IMG/VR virus record: IMGVR_UViG_2889482124_000004
Coordinates: 989-64,988 of that record
Source of the DNA: a virus
Length of the DNA: 64,000 nucleotides
Direction: 5' to 3' (one strand)
The notes under the pieces are model-generated. The model was not told the origin of the DNA. It ran no database searches and saw only the letters and a program-made list of their open reading frames with translations. Below are positions 7,988 through 18,524 of the stretch, piece by piece; positions within the stretch are counted from its first letter, which is position 1; each line of letters begins with the position of its first letter. The translations under genes and the position numbers were made by a program.

Positions 7988-10613
7988 TCACAACCCCTAT
8001 AAACAGTGGCAAAGGCCGCGCGTCCTGCAATCGGCTAAAGCCTTTTCTTGCCGCGCCTGCGGTCGTCATTTCAAGCATGGCTTGGCCCATTGCGTTTCTT
8101 GTTGAGTCTTCTTGGAATGTGGCGAATTGGCCGCCTCTTGGCGGCGACATCATTAGGTAATTCCACTGCACATCCACCCCAGTAAGAATCGTTTTCGCGC
8201 CGCGCTGCTCCCACTCCACATCGCCCTGGTATGGCGTACCGGCAGGCTTGACCTCAAGGGTTTGCGGGGTAGGTTTAATTTTTGGCCAAGATCCCCCGCC
8301 CGTCCATCCCGATCCAATCGTCCCCCATGGCCCACCACCCCACACGGGATGAATTTGCGGGATCGGCCAATTAATGCTCCTGATGTAGCTTGTGATTACA
8401 TCCCCTTTTCGCAGTCCAGCCCAATCGCCATCATCCGCAAAATTACATGCCACCACCGATTTATTCGGACCACCTGTTACGGTGACTTTGATTCGACTCG
8501 CGCCCCATCCCCCAGACTGATCTACCCAATGAATGGGGTATCTTGTTGGATCGACCTGCCAGCCTAGGGATAGCTGGTATTCAATCTCTGAACGCCCGTT
8601 GTTCCACTTCGCGTGCACAAAAATCAGTGCGTTGCGGTTGTAGAAAGGAACGCAGGCGCCCACAGCCAAGGATTGGCCACCATAAACCGTTGTTGTAGTG
8701 CGCTCCCGTTGGTAGTACCGGGCTCGGTACAAAAAACCTGGCGCACCATACTGCAGCCCTTCATAATCGAATATGAAGTAAGGCTCGCTGTAACCCAAAT
8801 CCTTGCCTACGATCTTGGTTGTTGTCACGGTATCGCTGCGCAATTCCTCACGGTAGTCATAGTCCGTGGTGTAGATTCCGCCTGCCACGCGCGCCGTGCC
8901 TGACTCTTGTGTGCGTTCGAATGTGCCCACCTGCATGCACGATGGAAATGCAGGGCTATCCGAGAAATGCGAAACGCCATCCTCGCGGTGCTGTTTGACG
9001 ACTTTCAGAGTATTACCGCTGTAGTAGCCATACAAAACTGTGTCCCAGCGCTGTGGGTAGCCGCTCAGCTTATTGGGGTCGTGCCACATCTCAGTGCGCA
9101 AATCGATATTGCCGCCTAGTGCTGTGCTGGGCACTTTGAAATCTATATGCGGGACGTAGGGGCCAGAAGCCACCCGTGTTGCACCGCCGCTGGCCACAGC
9201 CAAAGGCGCCAGCTCCATATTGCGCCAATAATTGATCTCGAAATCGAAATCCTGTGAGTCCCAGAATGGGAGCCTGCTGGCCACCGTATTCCTTCCAGAG
9301 CGCCACATTTTGAACTCGATTGCGGCTCGCTCCTGCGGCGCAACCTGCGCCAACCCATCAAACAGGCGGCGAAAATATCGCATCAAGGTGCCTTCAGTCT
9401 CCTGGTCCAACTGCACCCACCATGCAGGCCTTTTGCCATCAAAGCTGCTCGCGCCGATATTGACTTTCATCTTGAATCCGTGGGCGATCAGCATTCCGGT
9501 TTCTTCCACTGGATCGTTGATTCTTCGTTCGATGCAGGTGTTATAGCCCTCTCGCCCATGGTCAGCAAAAGCCCAGCCGCAAGTATCGAACAGTGCAGAG
9601 TGCTGGTAAAAGCCACCGGTACCACCCACGCGAACGATGGCACCGGCCTTGCGCCAAGCCTCTCTTGATCCGTCTTCTGGGAACAGCTCGCCTGTTGGCA
9701 TGCCGCCAAATGTATCTAGCAATTCGAGCAATTCATCATCCCCCACCGAGCGCACAAACGCCTTAAACCCAGCTGTGGCTGTGGTGGGCACAACCGGCAG
9801 CGGCATGGCATCTACCCATTGCCCTACCACTTGCACAAGCCACGGCTTACCATCGCCAGCAATCGTGACTGCATGTGTGCGTGAGTAATGAAAGTCATAG
9901 CGCACTTGGCCATCGGCAATGGGTTCGCCGCTGCAAGCGATTGGAGTTATTCCCTCCAGCTCCTGGGCAATTTCCTTTTGGTACTCTTTGGGGATAGCCA
10001 GGTAAGCCCCCTCGTACACAGCATCACCCGTCACGCCCGATGGAATGCCCTGCTGGCCATAGCCAAGCACGCACTGCACCAGCTTTTGCATGGCTCCTGA
10101 GTACCACGATGGGTAGAGCTTGTCGTATTGCGTGAAAAGCATGTCAGGGTTGACCGCACCCAAAGGTCGAAGATCCTGAAACGCCACAGGCACATTGAAG
10201 CGCTCAAGCTCCACACTGGCCGGCGCCATCCCCTGCCCGTACTGCACAAGCCGCTTGCGGCATGTCTGAGTCAATGAAATTCGGACCTTGCCGTTCTCTG
10301 CCAGATTCACCCGCGTGACAGTCGGCACCCCGCTAAACAGCATGGGCGCACGCGTGGGATCGGTGGCAAATTTGGTTGCAGCTGGCGGTGGCGGCTCATT
10401 CTGGCTCAGCACCACCACTTTAAAGACGCCCCCCATATCGCGCAAAATGGCCTCTCGGCCACTTGGGAGCACACGGCGCCAGCGCAAGCTATCCAGTTCG
10501 GATACCTGCTTGAAGTTACTCAGGCGCTTGGCGAGAAACGATACTGCTGCGGCATCTTCTGTCGATAGCTCGGCATCCTCTGCGAAGCGCCCATACGGTC
10601 TGGGCGCATGCAT
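7980..10613 (-). CDS. Putative tail/structural protein, 877 aa
   Basis: Long ORF with coupled overlaps in the tail cluster; no recognised motif. Confidence 0.7.
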   Translation of the reverse strand: MHAPRPYGRFAEDAELSTEDAAAVSFLAKRLSNFKQVSELDSLRWRRVLPSGREAILRDMGGVFKVVVLSQNEPPPPAATKFATDPTRAPMLFSGVPTVTRVNLAENGKVRISLTQTCRKRLVQYGQGMAPASVELERFNVPVAFQDLRPLGAVNPDMLFTQYDKLYPSWYSGAMQKLVQCVLGYGQQGIPSGVTGDAVYEGAYLAIPKEYQKEIAQELEGITPIACSGEPIADGQVRYDFHYSRTHAVTIAGDGKPWLVQVVGQWVDAMPLPVVPTTATAGFKAFVRSVGDDELLELLDTFGGMPTGELFPEDGSREAWRKAGAIVRVGGTGGFYQHSALFDTCGWAFADHGREGYNTCIERRINDPVEETGMLIAHGFKMKVNIGASSFDGKRPAWWVQLDQETEGTLMRYFRRLFDGLAQVAPQERAAIEFKMWRSGRNTVASRLPFWDSQDFDFEINYWRNMELAPLAVASGGATRVASGPYVPHIDFKVPSTALGGNIDLRTEMWHDPNKLSGYPQRWDTVLYGYYSGNTLKVVKQHREDGVSHFSDSPAFPSCMQVGTFERTQESGTARVAGGIYTTDYDYREELRSDTVTTTKIVGKDLGYSEPYFIFDYEGLQYGAPGFLYRARYYQRERTTTTVYGGQSLAVGACVPFYNRNALIFVHAKWNNGRSEIEYQLSLGWQVDPTRYPIHWVDQSGGWGASRIKVTVTGGPNKSVVACNFADDGDWAGLRKGDVITSYIRSINWPIPQIHPVWGGGPWGTIGSGWTGGGSWPKIKPTPQTLEVKPAGTPYQGDVEWEQRGAKTILTGVDVQWNYLMMSPPRGGQFATFQEDSTRNAMGQAMLEMTTAGAARKGFSRLQDARPLPLFIGVVNE

Positions 10614-10614
10614 A

Positions 10615-11211
10615 TCACTGGGTCAGTTCTGTGCGATAGCCGACACGGAAGGTGCCGCCGTTCTGGAACGACTGCGGTGCTGGATACAGGCTGGCAGAAA
10701 GCAGCACGCCCGTGGTAGCGCCTTTGGCCGAAGCTGTCAGCAGCGCAGCACCTGTCACATTCACCACCGATTCAGTGGCGAATGTCACCTCGACTTCATT
10801 GCCGAAATTATCGATGTGCGTATCGTCGGCTGCATTTGCCTTCGGTGTCCAAGGAATTCGAGTTGTCAGTGTGTAGCCCTCGGTTTGGCTCACAATCTCA
10901 GATGCCACAGTGGAGAAACTGGAAGCGGCCCAGTTGAATGCGGGGGCCGTATTGCCAGAAAACAGAGCAATGAAGTAACCCGCTGGCTTTGGTGTAGTGC
11001 CATAGGCCACATTCAAGTCATGCAACAAACCTTCTTTCATGCGCAGGTTGCGCGACACATGGCGCGTGCCGTCCGCAGCATCCAGGACGAAATGGCCAGA
11101 GACACGCACCGACTCGCGTGGAAATACAATGCCCTCCGGTGTCACCTCATAGTGATCGGCGGCCAAGGATTCGAGCATTGCGCCAGCCAGGCGCTTAGAA
11201 ACGTTGAGCAT
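10615..11211 (-). CDS. Tail fibre/baseplate-type beta protein
   Basis: YFIALF...EGY...R..W motif typical of small phage tail proteins; ATG 11211 with AGGAG RBS. Confidence 0.65.
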   Translation of the reverse strand: MLNVSKRLAGAMLESLAADHYEVTPEGIVFPRESVRVSGHFVLDAADGTRHVSRNLRMKEGLLHDLNVAYGTTPKPAGYFIALFSGNTAPAFNWAASSFSTVASEIVSQTEGYTLTTRIPWTPKANAADDTHIDNFGNEVEVTFATESVVNVTGAALLTASAKGATTGVLLSASLYPAPQSFQNGGTFRVGYRTELTQ

Positions 11212-11237
11212 GAGCAAACTCCTGTGTAGATGCTATG

Positions 11238-11278
11238 AGTCTGCCAGCGGCGTAGCTTTTAACGAAACCCTATGCAGG
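11238..11278 (-). promoter_or_regulatory. Late promoter copy 2
   Basis: CCTGCATAGGGTTT (11278-11265)-N21-CAGACT. Confidence 0.7.
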
Positions 11279-12457
11279 TTGGAGAACGGTCAGAAGGCGC
11301 TCGCCCACCAGCACCGTCGCGCCAGCTGTCGCCGCAATGCCGGTAAGCACCGTTCTGTGCAACTCCACAATTTCACCCTCTGAGGTTCCAACCACGTAGC
11401 CATTAGCAGAAAGCCACAAGGCAGCTGCATTGCCACCGGCCAATTCGCCAAGCTGCTCTGCAGGCACTAGCGTGGCGCTGCCCTGGATAGGAGGCTGGCC
11501 GGCCAATCTGCGCACCACCAGGTCATCGGGCTGCGTGCCGGAGAGGAAAACAATGTGATCCACTTGGCCAACCCATATCCCGCCCTCCACCGGTGCCACA
11601 AAGGTAATGCGCTGGGGCAATTGCACAAAGTCGTGCCTGCAGTCGTGCAGGTGCACTGCCATTGGTTTTGAGAAATGTAGGGTGCGCGCCGTGCATGTCA
11701 GCAGTCGGCCACGCCAATGGTGCATGAATCTGCCAGATGGCATGGCATCCAAGTGCTGGAACTCAGGCGAGCCACCCAGCGCCGGCGGGGCCACAACATC
11801 GGCCGCCTGGGCTGATACCAGGTAATCGCCCACACGCTGCAGCTCACGGCTGCCAGGCTTTGTCATGTAAAGTCGAACGCCAGTCACCGAATCATCGAGC
11901 GAAAACGGGAACGAAACCCGCAGTCCACCGGACTGTGCTGGACCAAAAGCCACCTCAGACACCGACGACTCCAGACTGCCGCGCAGCCAGGAAACGGCCA
12001 CCCCATAATCACCTGGCGGCAGGCTGCCATCAAGATCAGACACTGCAGGCATGCCGGGTGTGTGCATCTGCAACGGCTCTGCCTTTGTTCCGTCGTACAC
12101 AAAAATGCCATCAGCGCCAGCAACAGCCACGCGCTGGTCAATCACACAATGGCTGGCCCAACTGCCGCCAAGGTCGGCCAGTTCCTCATAACTCCAGTCA
12201 TCGGGGTGAATTTTGACCCAGCGCGTGCCAAGCACGCCAAACAGATCACCATGCAACGCGCTGAACCACAGGTGCTTATAGGGCGTCTGCGTGACCGCGC
12301 GCACCTGGCCGCGCATGTTCAGGCGGCCAGTTTCGGTAATGTCCACGTTCAGGGCTTCTCGCACCCACACTGCAGGCGAATCCCCGCCGCGTACTAGGGC
12401 AGCATCCTCTGCGCGATTATTGATTCCTGCCAGCGGCATCAGTCTTGTGTCGGCCAT
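11270..12457 (-). CDS. Tail nozzle/stabilisation-like protein (beta-propeller-like)
   Basis: GINN...REALNVDI...G N-terminus typical of podoviral tail proteins. Confidence 0.65.
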   Translation of the reverse strand: MADTRLMPLAGINNRAEDAALVRGGDSPAVWVREALNVDITETGRLNMRGQVRAVTQTPYKHLWFSALHGDLFGVLGTRWVKIHPDDWSYEELADLGGSWASHCVIDQRVAVAGADGIFVYDGTKAEPLQMHTPGMPAVSDLDGSLPPGDYGVAVSWLRGSLESSVSEVAFGPAQSGGLRVSFPFSLDDSVTGVRLYMTKPGSRELQRVGDYLVSAQAADVVAPPALGGSPEFQHLDAMPSGRFMHHWRGRLLTCTARTLHFSKPMAVHLHDCRHDFVQLPQRITFVAPVEGGIWVGQVDHIVFLSGTQPDDLVVRRLAGQPPIQGSATLVPAEQLGELAGGNAAALWLSANGYVVGTSEGEIVELHRTVLTGIAATAGATVLVGERLLTVLQPA

Positions 12458-15381
12458 GCTAATGGGCTCCTTGACATATCGGCATTGCCATCTGGGGTGA
12501 TGAAATGCACCAAGTTTTTAACATCCGGCACACCGGCTCTCATTGCGTCGTAGCCAAGAAAGCGAATGTCTTGGGCTGATTGACCGGCTTCTGGTGTTCC
12601 AGTCACACGCATGCGCTTATCAAATTCAGACATCGCGTAGTCCATTTCAAGAGCATCCACTCCATGAGGCTTAATTTCACGAATCCAATGTGAAAGCCAA
12701 GCAGTCCCATATTTAGAAATCTCAAAACCTTGAAATTCAGGATTTCTAGGCGGGCCAGCATATAGGCTTTGCCGCATGAATACAGGCCCACCACGCGAGC
12801 TGCCTAGACTGCTAGATGCCCATCCAGAAAGCTGCATCTGCCTGTGAAAATGTTGCACCTCATGCTTCGAACCCAAAAATGGATCACGATAAACACCCGA
12901 GGGCATCACATAGTGCGTAGGGTCCACTGGACCCAAGCTGGCAAAACGCACGATTGGATTGCCCAGCTTCATTGTGTCTGAGCTGTCGTAATGCTCAGTC
13001 ACCAAATCACCGCCCAACATGACATGAAAACGCACCTCTAGCGAATTCAGTCCTTCTGGATACAAATATCTGTGCCAATTCTCTATTGCCAAATCGCCAA
13101 ATTGGGCGCTCGGCAAAGGACCCCAGCGTGGGTATATTGATTGATCTGGGACCGGGTTGAGGCGAAGCCATGCACGACCGAATACGACACCTGGTGCCCT
13201 TTCACCCCCATCGCTGTTAACGTAGTGCAGCAAACGAAAGGGGTGGTTGCGAACAGCTTGCGGCGGAGCCTCTACAGTCGCATAAATTGCGTGTGGGCTG
13301 AATGCAGGACGTGGCGGATCAAATACCATCGCATTAGGAAACCCAGCTACCAATACGGCCCTGTTCTTATTGCCCAGCGTAGCTGTACCAAAAGCGGTTT
13401 CACCATCGACGTCGATGCTGATATTCTCAATGTTCCCGGTTTGAAACTCATGCACAGCGGGTTCATTCGACGACTTCCACCCAGTCACATACACCAGCCG
13501 GGTGCTTTGCATATCCCACGGGAATTTAGGTATTCCAACGCCCCCGCTATTGAAGCCCCTGGGAAAAATAGAACGGTTGGGGTCTGGTGGCTCCGGTGGT
13601 GGAATGTAGGCGTTATAGACAAGGTGGCTTGCTGGAATACGTGACGGGTCAAATCCACGAAACTCTCGAATCTTGGTTCGATACTCGACCTGCGCCCTGC
13701 CGAAAACTTGGTGTGAATCCCCCTGCACATCATAGTCCTGCCACTGCAACCTGACAAAAGGCCTCCCAAACGCTTGTAATTCGGTCCCTTCAAATTGCAA
13801 CTCGGGCGTGAGATTTTTGAGTGTGGCAAAGCCAAACCAGTCGGATGACTTGCTCCACCTTGCCAGAATTTCATTCCAACGGATACCCACGTCATGGTTG
13901 CTGGCGCGAAAAGCGTCTATACCTTGCACGCCAAGATACCGGGTCCATAGTTGCACAACTGGCCCATCAACTTGAGGCGGCTCAATGCTCCAGCGTGGCT
14001 CTATTGCAATTGAGCGTAACGCTTCGGAAAGCCACGCCCGGCCAAAAACTATCGAATCAAAATTTCCAAGGCGCTCGTAGTACCGTCGCGTATTTTTTAC
14101 GTCAGCCGTTCCAAACGCCAACTCCGGCGCAATGCCATCGGGCCCAATGGGGCGCATGTCGTTGTGAACAGCGTTATACCGACTTGAAAAATAAGAGTCC
14201 CATCCACTAGGCGCTATCACACGCTCAGCTAAGTCAGCTAAGTTCGCACCAAAATTTAGACTGTCGATGCCCCGTATGTCGATTGTGCGAGCATTGTTGT
14301 AGATGTTGGTGTAGCCAAACCGCAGACCAGTGAACCCATACACCTCCATCGCACGGTTGATGTTCTCAATAGCAGTCCAGTGGCCAAAAATACCGCCTTC
14401 GGTCTCAGCGCTTGGAGTCTGACTGACGTAACGCAGCATCATTTGGGCTTCAACCCAACCAAAACGGTACTGCTCACCTTCAGTTGCATGGAAGCCGATA
14501 GGCTCTATCTGCAGGCGTAAGTTTTGAAGATAGGAAGCGCCCCCCATCGCGCCGGTGCGCCAACCTATCAAGAATAGGCTTTGATCGACAGGCCGAATGG
14601 TCGAGCCAAACGTTTGCGAATCCCATGCATCCGGTTTTACTTCTCGCGCTTTGTCTTGCACACGGGGGTTGCCCATGGCAATCATGTTATCGATGCCCCG
14701 CGCACGAAAATCACGAAGTGTGTGGCTCACCCAAGCGCTGCCATAGCTGGCCGACTGAACGCCGCCGACTGCTGCGAAACCGCGCACCTCATGCGAGAGC
14801 CATGCCTGGCCCAAAGCCATAGACTGAATACCTGAAGGGCGAGGGTAAAACTCACGATGGCTTAGTCTGGCACTGCCATACAGGTTTCTCGGGTTGATGT
14901 TGCCTGCGCGCAGGTATTGGTCTCGGTTAAAGGCTCTCGTCTGTCCAAATGCAAGAAAGCTAGAACCTACATGCTCTATATCTCTCGTCCAATTCGATAG
15001 CGAAGTTTGGCCAAATACCCCAGACTGAATGCCAGTCGGCCAAATATCCTGGCTCTTTGAAACAGTCGCTGAGCCAAACCTATTGCCAGACAAAATGCCA
15101 CTTGGCCGCAGTAGTCGCGCATTGTTGTAGATCTGACTCTTGCCAAGTACATGACTACTCCAACCTGCTGCTTGTAGTGTGCGACGCATTGAAACGACTT
15201 CAGCGTCGCCAGTGCTCAGGCCATCCCAAGACAAAGGAAAAATGTAACGGTCTTCTCCAATTGGCGATTCACTATCACCAAAATTTAAAGCGACCCTATC
15301 CCCAGCTGGTGGCAAATAATCGCCAGCTATAAAATTCAAAGCGACTTTATCGCCTTCAGGTGGGTCGTAGATCGTTACCAA
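12439..15381 (-). CDS. Large tail-fibre-like protein with ~22-aa P.G(I/F/W).S..FG.A repeats
   Basis: 980 aa; repeated GxxSxxFG units; duplicated N-terminal Y.PP.GD.VALNF. Confidence 0.7.
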   Translation of the reverse strand: MVTIYDPPEGDKVALNFIAGDYLPPAGDRVALNFGDSESPIGEDRYIFPLSWDGLSTGDAEVVSMRRTLQAAGWSSHVLGKSQIYNNARLLRPSGILSGNRFGSATVSKSQDIWPTGIQSGVFGQTSLSNWTRDIEHVGSSFLAFGQTRAFNRDQYLRAGNINPRNLYGSARLSHREFYPRPSGIQSMALGQAWLSHEVRGFAAVGGVQSASYGSAWVSHTLRDFRARGIDNMIAMGNPRVQDKAREVKPDAWDSQTFGSTIRPVDQSLFLIGWRTGAMGGASYLQNLRLQIEPIGFHATEGEQYRFGWVEAQMMLRYVSQTPSAETEGGIFGHWTAIENINRAMEVYGFTGLRFGYTNIYNNARTIDIRGIDSLNFGANLADLAERVIAPSGWDSYFSSRYNAVHNDMRPIGPDGIAPELAFGTADVKNTRRYYERLGNFDSIVFGRAWLSEALRSIAIEPRWSIEPPQVDGPVVQLWTRYLGVQGIDAFRASNHDVGIRWNEILARWSKSSDWFGFATLKNLTPELQFEGTELQAFGRPFVRLQWQDYDVQGDSHQVFGRAQVEYRTKIREFRGFDPSRIPASHLVYNAYIPPPEPPDPNRSIFPRGFNSGGVGIPKFPWDMQSTRLVYVTGWKSSNEPAVHEFQTGNIENISIDVDGETAFGTATLGNKNRAVLVAGFPNAMVFDPPRPAFSPHAIYATVEAPPQAVRNHPFRLLHYVNSDGGERAPGVVFGRAWLRLNPVPDQSIYPRWGPLPSAQFGDLAIENWHRYLYPEGLNSLEVRFHVMLGGDLVTEHYDSSDTMKLGNPIVRFASLGPVDPTHYVMPSGVYRDPFLGSKHEVQHFHRQMQLSGWASSSLGSSRGGPVFMRQSLYAGPPRNPEFQGFEISKYGTAWLSHWIREIKPHGVDALEMDYAMSEFDKRMRVTGTPEAGQSAQDIRFLGYDAMRAGVPDVKNLVHFITPDGNADMSRSPLAWPTQD

Positions 15382-15382
15382 T

Positions 15383-15748
15383 TCACACTTTCGGCGTCAA
15401 ATCAGAGCCAATCACATCATTTCGCCCATCAAGCCTGGCGATAACATCATACTTTAGCAATGGATTTAAATTTGGAATGAGCCATGTTCCATCAACCCCG
15501 GATTTGGTTTTTGCAACAAATAATCCATCCAGTGAAGCCAACTTCGAACGAATTCTAATAATAATTTCCGCAGAAACCGGAATCCAGTCATCGGTCACAA
15601 TTCCATCAGGATGCGCCCCCGAAAGGCTACCGCGACCATTTGAAATAACTCCAACATAACCCACACCTAATAACTCAGGTGTTTTATTAGAGATTGCGAG
15701 CAAAAGATCGTCATCTATAAATACACTTTCATAAGAAACCGCCATCAC
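15383..15748 (-). CDS. Tail fibre accessory protein (Ig/transthyretin-like)
   Basis: T.S..DGTW....L.....YDVI.R....ND motif; AT-rich. Confidence 0.65.
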   Translation of the reverse strand: MMAVSYESVFIDDDLLLAISNKTPELLGVGYVGVISNGRGSLSGAHPDGIVTDDWIPVSAEIIIRIRSKLASLDGLFVAKTKSGVDGTWLIPNLNPLLKYDVIARLDGRNDVIGSDLTPKV

Positions 15749-16680
15749 TCATTCTCCAGCAAGTAACCAAAATCAGGACTAGCCGGATAGGCTCTAGCGT
15801 TCCAATATGAAAGATATAGTTTATCAACGCCAGAAAAATCAAGAACAACATCAGAATAAATATCCGAATGTCCTAATTGCACCGTGAAAATTCTTCTAAA
15901 AACAGCACCTTCACCGGTGCCTGATACTGGATAATAAATTGGCGCAACAATGGGCACAAGTCCTGACGTTTTCTTTGCTGTGCCGCCAGACCTATAAGCC
16001 CACGTTGGCGAAGTTGAATAATCAGACGAATTCGTAGCAAAAACAGTGACATCAGTTCCTGCAACACCAGGTGCGTTTAAATCAGCAACAATTGCAAATC
16101 CATCACTCAGTGCGCCATCATTTTTCCTCTGACGTTCTACATGAAAAAAACTGCAGCTTTTATAAAAAACCTGTCCTGCTGCAGATGTCTGCCTGATAAA
16201 GCTTGCACCAATGGATACCGTCAAAGAATCGCCGGTATACCTCAAATAATCTCCAGCATGATCTTCGTAGATAGTAGAATGCGACAAGCCAGTTGATGAG
16301 GTCGATGCAATTGTTGATAAGGCTCTACCAGATGGCTCTCCAGCATCTGAAATTCTGTCGCACACAGCCCATCCAATCGTATAAAAGGTTGTTGCCGGAG
16401 CTGAAATTTGAAATGTCTTCTCGATTCTAAATCCAACAAATATTGGACTCTCCGACTGCAATGAATCGGTAAAGCTATAGAACATCCACTTAGATGCCCA
16501 AGGTGGATTACTACTGCTTGGAGGCGCTTGAGATACATCTCCATCAACATCATATCTATTAGCATGCGCAAACGAACTCAGGCCTATCGCTAACAAATAA
16601 TCATGCATACCTTTCATTGCGGCATGGGTGACGGATTGTGTCGGAAAACTTCTAAATAGCTTTCCTGTTGCTTTAGCCAT
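15745..16680 (-). CDS. Putative receptor-binding/tail tip protein, AT-rich
   Basis: 311-aa beta-rich ORF with lower GC than its neighbours. Confidence 0.55.
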   Translation of the reverse strand: MAKATGKLFRSFPTQSVTHAAMKGMHDYLLAIGLSSFAHANRYDVDGDVSQAPPSSSNPPWASKWMFYSFTDSLQSESPIFVGFRIEKTFQISAPATTFYTIGWAVCDRISDAGEPSGRALSTIASTSSTGLSHSTIYEDHAGDYLRYTGDSLTVSIGASFIRQTSAAGQVFYKSCSFFHVERQRKNDGALSDGFAIVADLNAPGVAGTDVTVFATNSSDYSTSPTWAYRSGGTAKKTSGLVPIVAPIYYPVSGTGEGAVFRRIFTVQLGHSDIYSDVVLDFSGVDKLYLSYWNARAYPASPDFGYLLENE

Positions 16681-17344
16681 TTTTTTCTACCCCCATTGGA
16701 CTCTCATGATGCCAGCATGCTTTTTGATCGAACCACAAAGCGTATTCCTCATAAAACTGCTGCTCATCTTTTCCAGAAGAAATCGCTGATTGGACAAAAG
16801 AAATAGCCAATTTCTGGCTATCCAAGTCATTAGGATTTGGAAATTTGGATTCAGCAACATACATCTGAAAAGTCGGCAGTGTCACAACCTTTTCCCAATC
16901 GATACCGCCCGCTCGACGCGTCATCCCGAACACTGCTGTTGCATCAATGCCGCTTGGGATTGAGACCATTTGCGCCGGCGGCTTGTCTCTGACCTCCTGC
17001 GCCTGCTCACTTTCAGCCATCGAGTCGCTTAAAGGCAACTCTGGCTGCAATAACAGGTCTGCGAGCATGGGTGGCAGCTTTGGCCGGAAGCTCTCCGGGG
17101 TCAAATCACTATTAGCCACAGGAATGCAGTCTGCGCAATCATGTGCATCGACATTAACGAGTGCTTTTGACAACCCACCATGCGACACCTTGATGTCGTG
17201 CCTCATTGACGCATTCAGGGTCGCAACCGTCCCATCCTTCGCCCTGATAGAAAACGCACCAAATTCGCCAACGATGATGGACTCTATGACCTTGCCGCGC
17301 AGTTCTTCTGTCAAAACTTGCGACAGCTCTATAGTGGATTGCAT
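16673..17344 (-). CDS. Hypothetical phage protein
   Basis: 223-aa ORF coupled within the operon. Confidence 0.6.
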   Translation of the reverse strand: MQSTIELSQVLTEELRGKVIESIIVGEFGAFSIRAKDGTVATLNASMRHDIKVSHGGLSKALVNVDAHDCADCIPVANSDLTPESFRPKLPPMLADLLLQPELPLSDSMAESEQAQEVRDKPPAQMVSIPSGIDATAVFGMTRRAGGIDWEKVVTLPTFQMYVAESKFPNPNDLDSQKLAISFVQSAISSGKDEQQFYEEYALWFDQKACWHHESPMGVEKNG

Positions 17345-17350
17345 AGGCCT

Positions 17351-17758
17351 TTAAACCCTGAAAATGCGGTTGACCCCGTTATCCCACACACAAATAATGT
17401 CGCCCCCGTTGGGTGTGATGGGCAAGCCAGTTGCTGTATCGATGTAGGCAATTAGCGGGCTGGTCGATTCAGTGCCAGAGTCTTTGTAGATCACGATGGC
17501 CTCTATGCTCGGTCCAGACACACCAACAAATGTGCAATCTGCCGCATCGGCAGCACCATTGGTCGTTGTTTTGGATGTCAAAGTGACTGGCGTGGTGACA
17601 CGCGCCGCTGGCGGAACATCTGAAATGTATTCGTGTGTGTCTACGTTAATAACGTAGGAGCCGGTATCTACCAAAACCACTTTGATGACATCGGATAGCC
17701 AGTTGAAGTTGCCTTCGAGGAAGCGCTGCCGCGCCTTGGAGAGCAAAGTATTTGCCAT
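17351..17758 (-). CDS. Conserved phage tail protein
   Basis: IK.VLVD...LT.KT...G..DAAD.TF...LIAYID...GLP.TPNGGDI...WD motif; strong AGGAGG RBS. Confidence 0.75.
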   Translation of the reverse strand: MANTLLSKARQRFLEGNFNWLSDVIKVVLVDTGSYVINVDTHEYISDVPPAARVTTPVTLTSKTTTNGAADAADCTFVGVSGPSIEAIVIYKDSGTESTSPLIAYIDTATGLPITPNGGDIICVWDNGVNRIFRV

Positions 17759-17811
17759 TAGAACCCCTCCTTAGGGATTGAATGGCGCACTCCTGCGCAC
17801 CAAAAAAAGAA

Positions 17812-18252
17812 TTAAACCAATGCTGGATTTTCAGCAATCACATGCTGGTCACCATGTGCTTCGCCCTGCTTGATTCGCTGGTGTCGGCCATCAATTCCAT
17901 CCTGCAAGCGCTGCAGTAAGGCATCATCGGTAGCCAGTTTTTTGCGGTACAACCGAATGTCCTGAACCAGCGCGGGCAGCTTCTCGCGCAAGCGTGGCAT
18001 CGTGGTGTCCACCAGGTTGCCATCCTTGAGCACCAAAAGAACCGGATCAGTGCTGGTCTGCCAGCGCATATCCTCCGGGTCGGCCAGGTAGAAATCGCCG
18101 CATTGGTGCCAGAAGAACAGCGTTTTTCGCATGTCCTGCGGCCCAATTCGCCGCATCTTGGCCTGTAGTACGATGTACTTGGCCACTTTTTCGTCTGCTG
18201 GCAAGGATGAAGTCTGGATGCGCAGCTGTTCTTGCATTTCCGTTTTATTCAT
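17812..18252 (-). CDS. Hypothetical phage protein
   Basis: 146 aa; ATGA overlap with the upstream gene. Confidence 0.65.
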   Translation of the reverse strand: MNKTEMQEQLRIQTSSLPADEKVAKYIVLQAKMRRIGPQDMRKTLFFWHQCGDFYLADPEDMRWQTSTDPVLLVLKDGNLVDTTMPRLREKLPALVQDIRLYRKKLATDDALLQRLQDGIDGRHQRIKQGEAHGDQHVIAENPALV

Positions 18253-18476
18253 GATGCTTTGCCCATGGTTGGAGTGCCGAACTTTTGCAAGTCACCGCAA
18301 CCAAGAGACGCGGCAGTAGCGCCCCCTGGTTTTCCTGGCTCTATGATTCGCACAGAGTCGTCAGCCTCTACACAGAGTCGCGCAATAGAGCCGGATTTGC
18401 GCTCCAGTGTCACGCGGGCCGCCCCAATATGAAACGACTCGCCGGCCTTGACATTGATGTACTTGCGATTTTTCAT
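18249..18476 (-). CDS. Divergent CsrA/RsmA-fold small protein
   Basis: KAGESFHIG..RVTL....G..ARL.VEA..SV.I resembles the CsrA beta strands; ATG 18476. Confidence 0.55.
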   Translation of the reverse strand: MKNRKYINVKAGESFHIGAARVTLERKSGSIARLCVEADDSVRIIEPGKPGGATAASLGCGDLQKFGTPTMGKAS

Positions 18477-18482
18477 AGCCTG

Positions 18483-18523
18483 ATTGAAACACCTTTGCAA
18501 CTCTGGAACAAACCCCATGCAGG
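18483..18523 (-). promoter_or_regulatory. Late promoter copy 3
   Basis: CCTGCATGGGGTTT (18523-18510)-N21-TTCAAT-N6-ATG 18476. Confidence 0.65.
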
Positions 18524-18524
18524 T

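Noticed and set aside
4965-17758. Diversity-generating retroelement or invertible tail cassette
   Set aside because: No reverse transcriptase, invertase or TR/VR repeat pair seen
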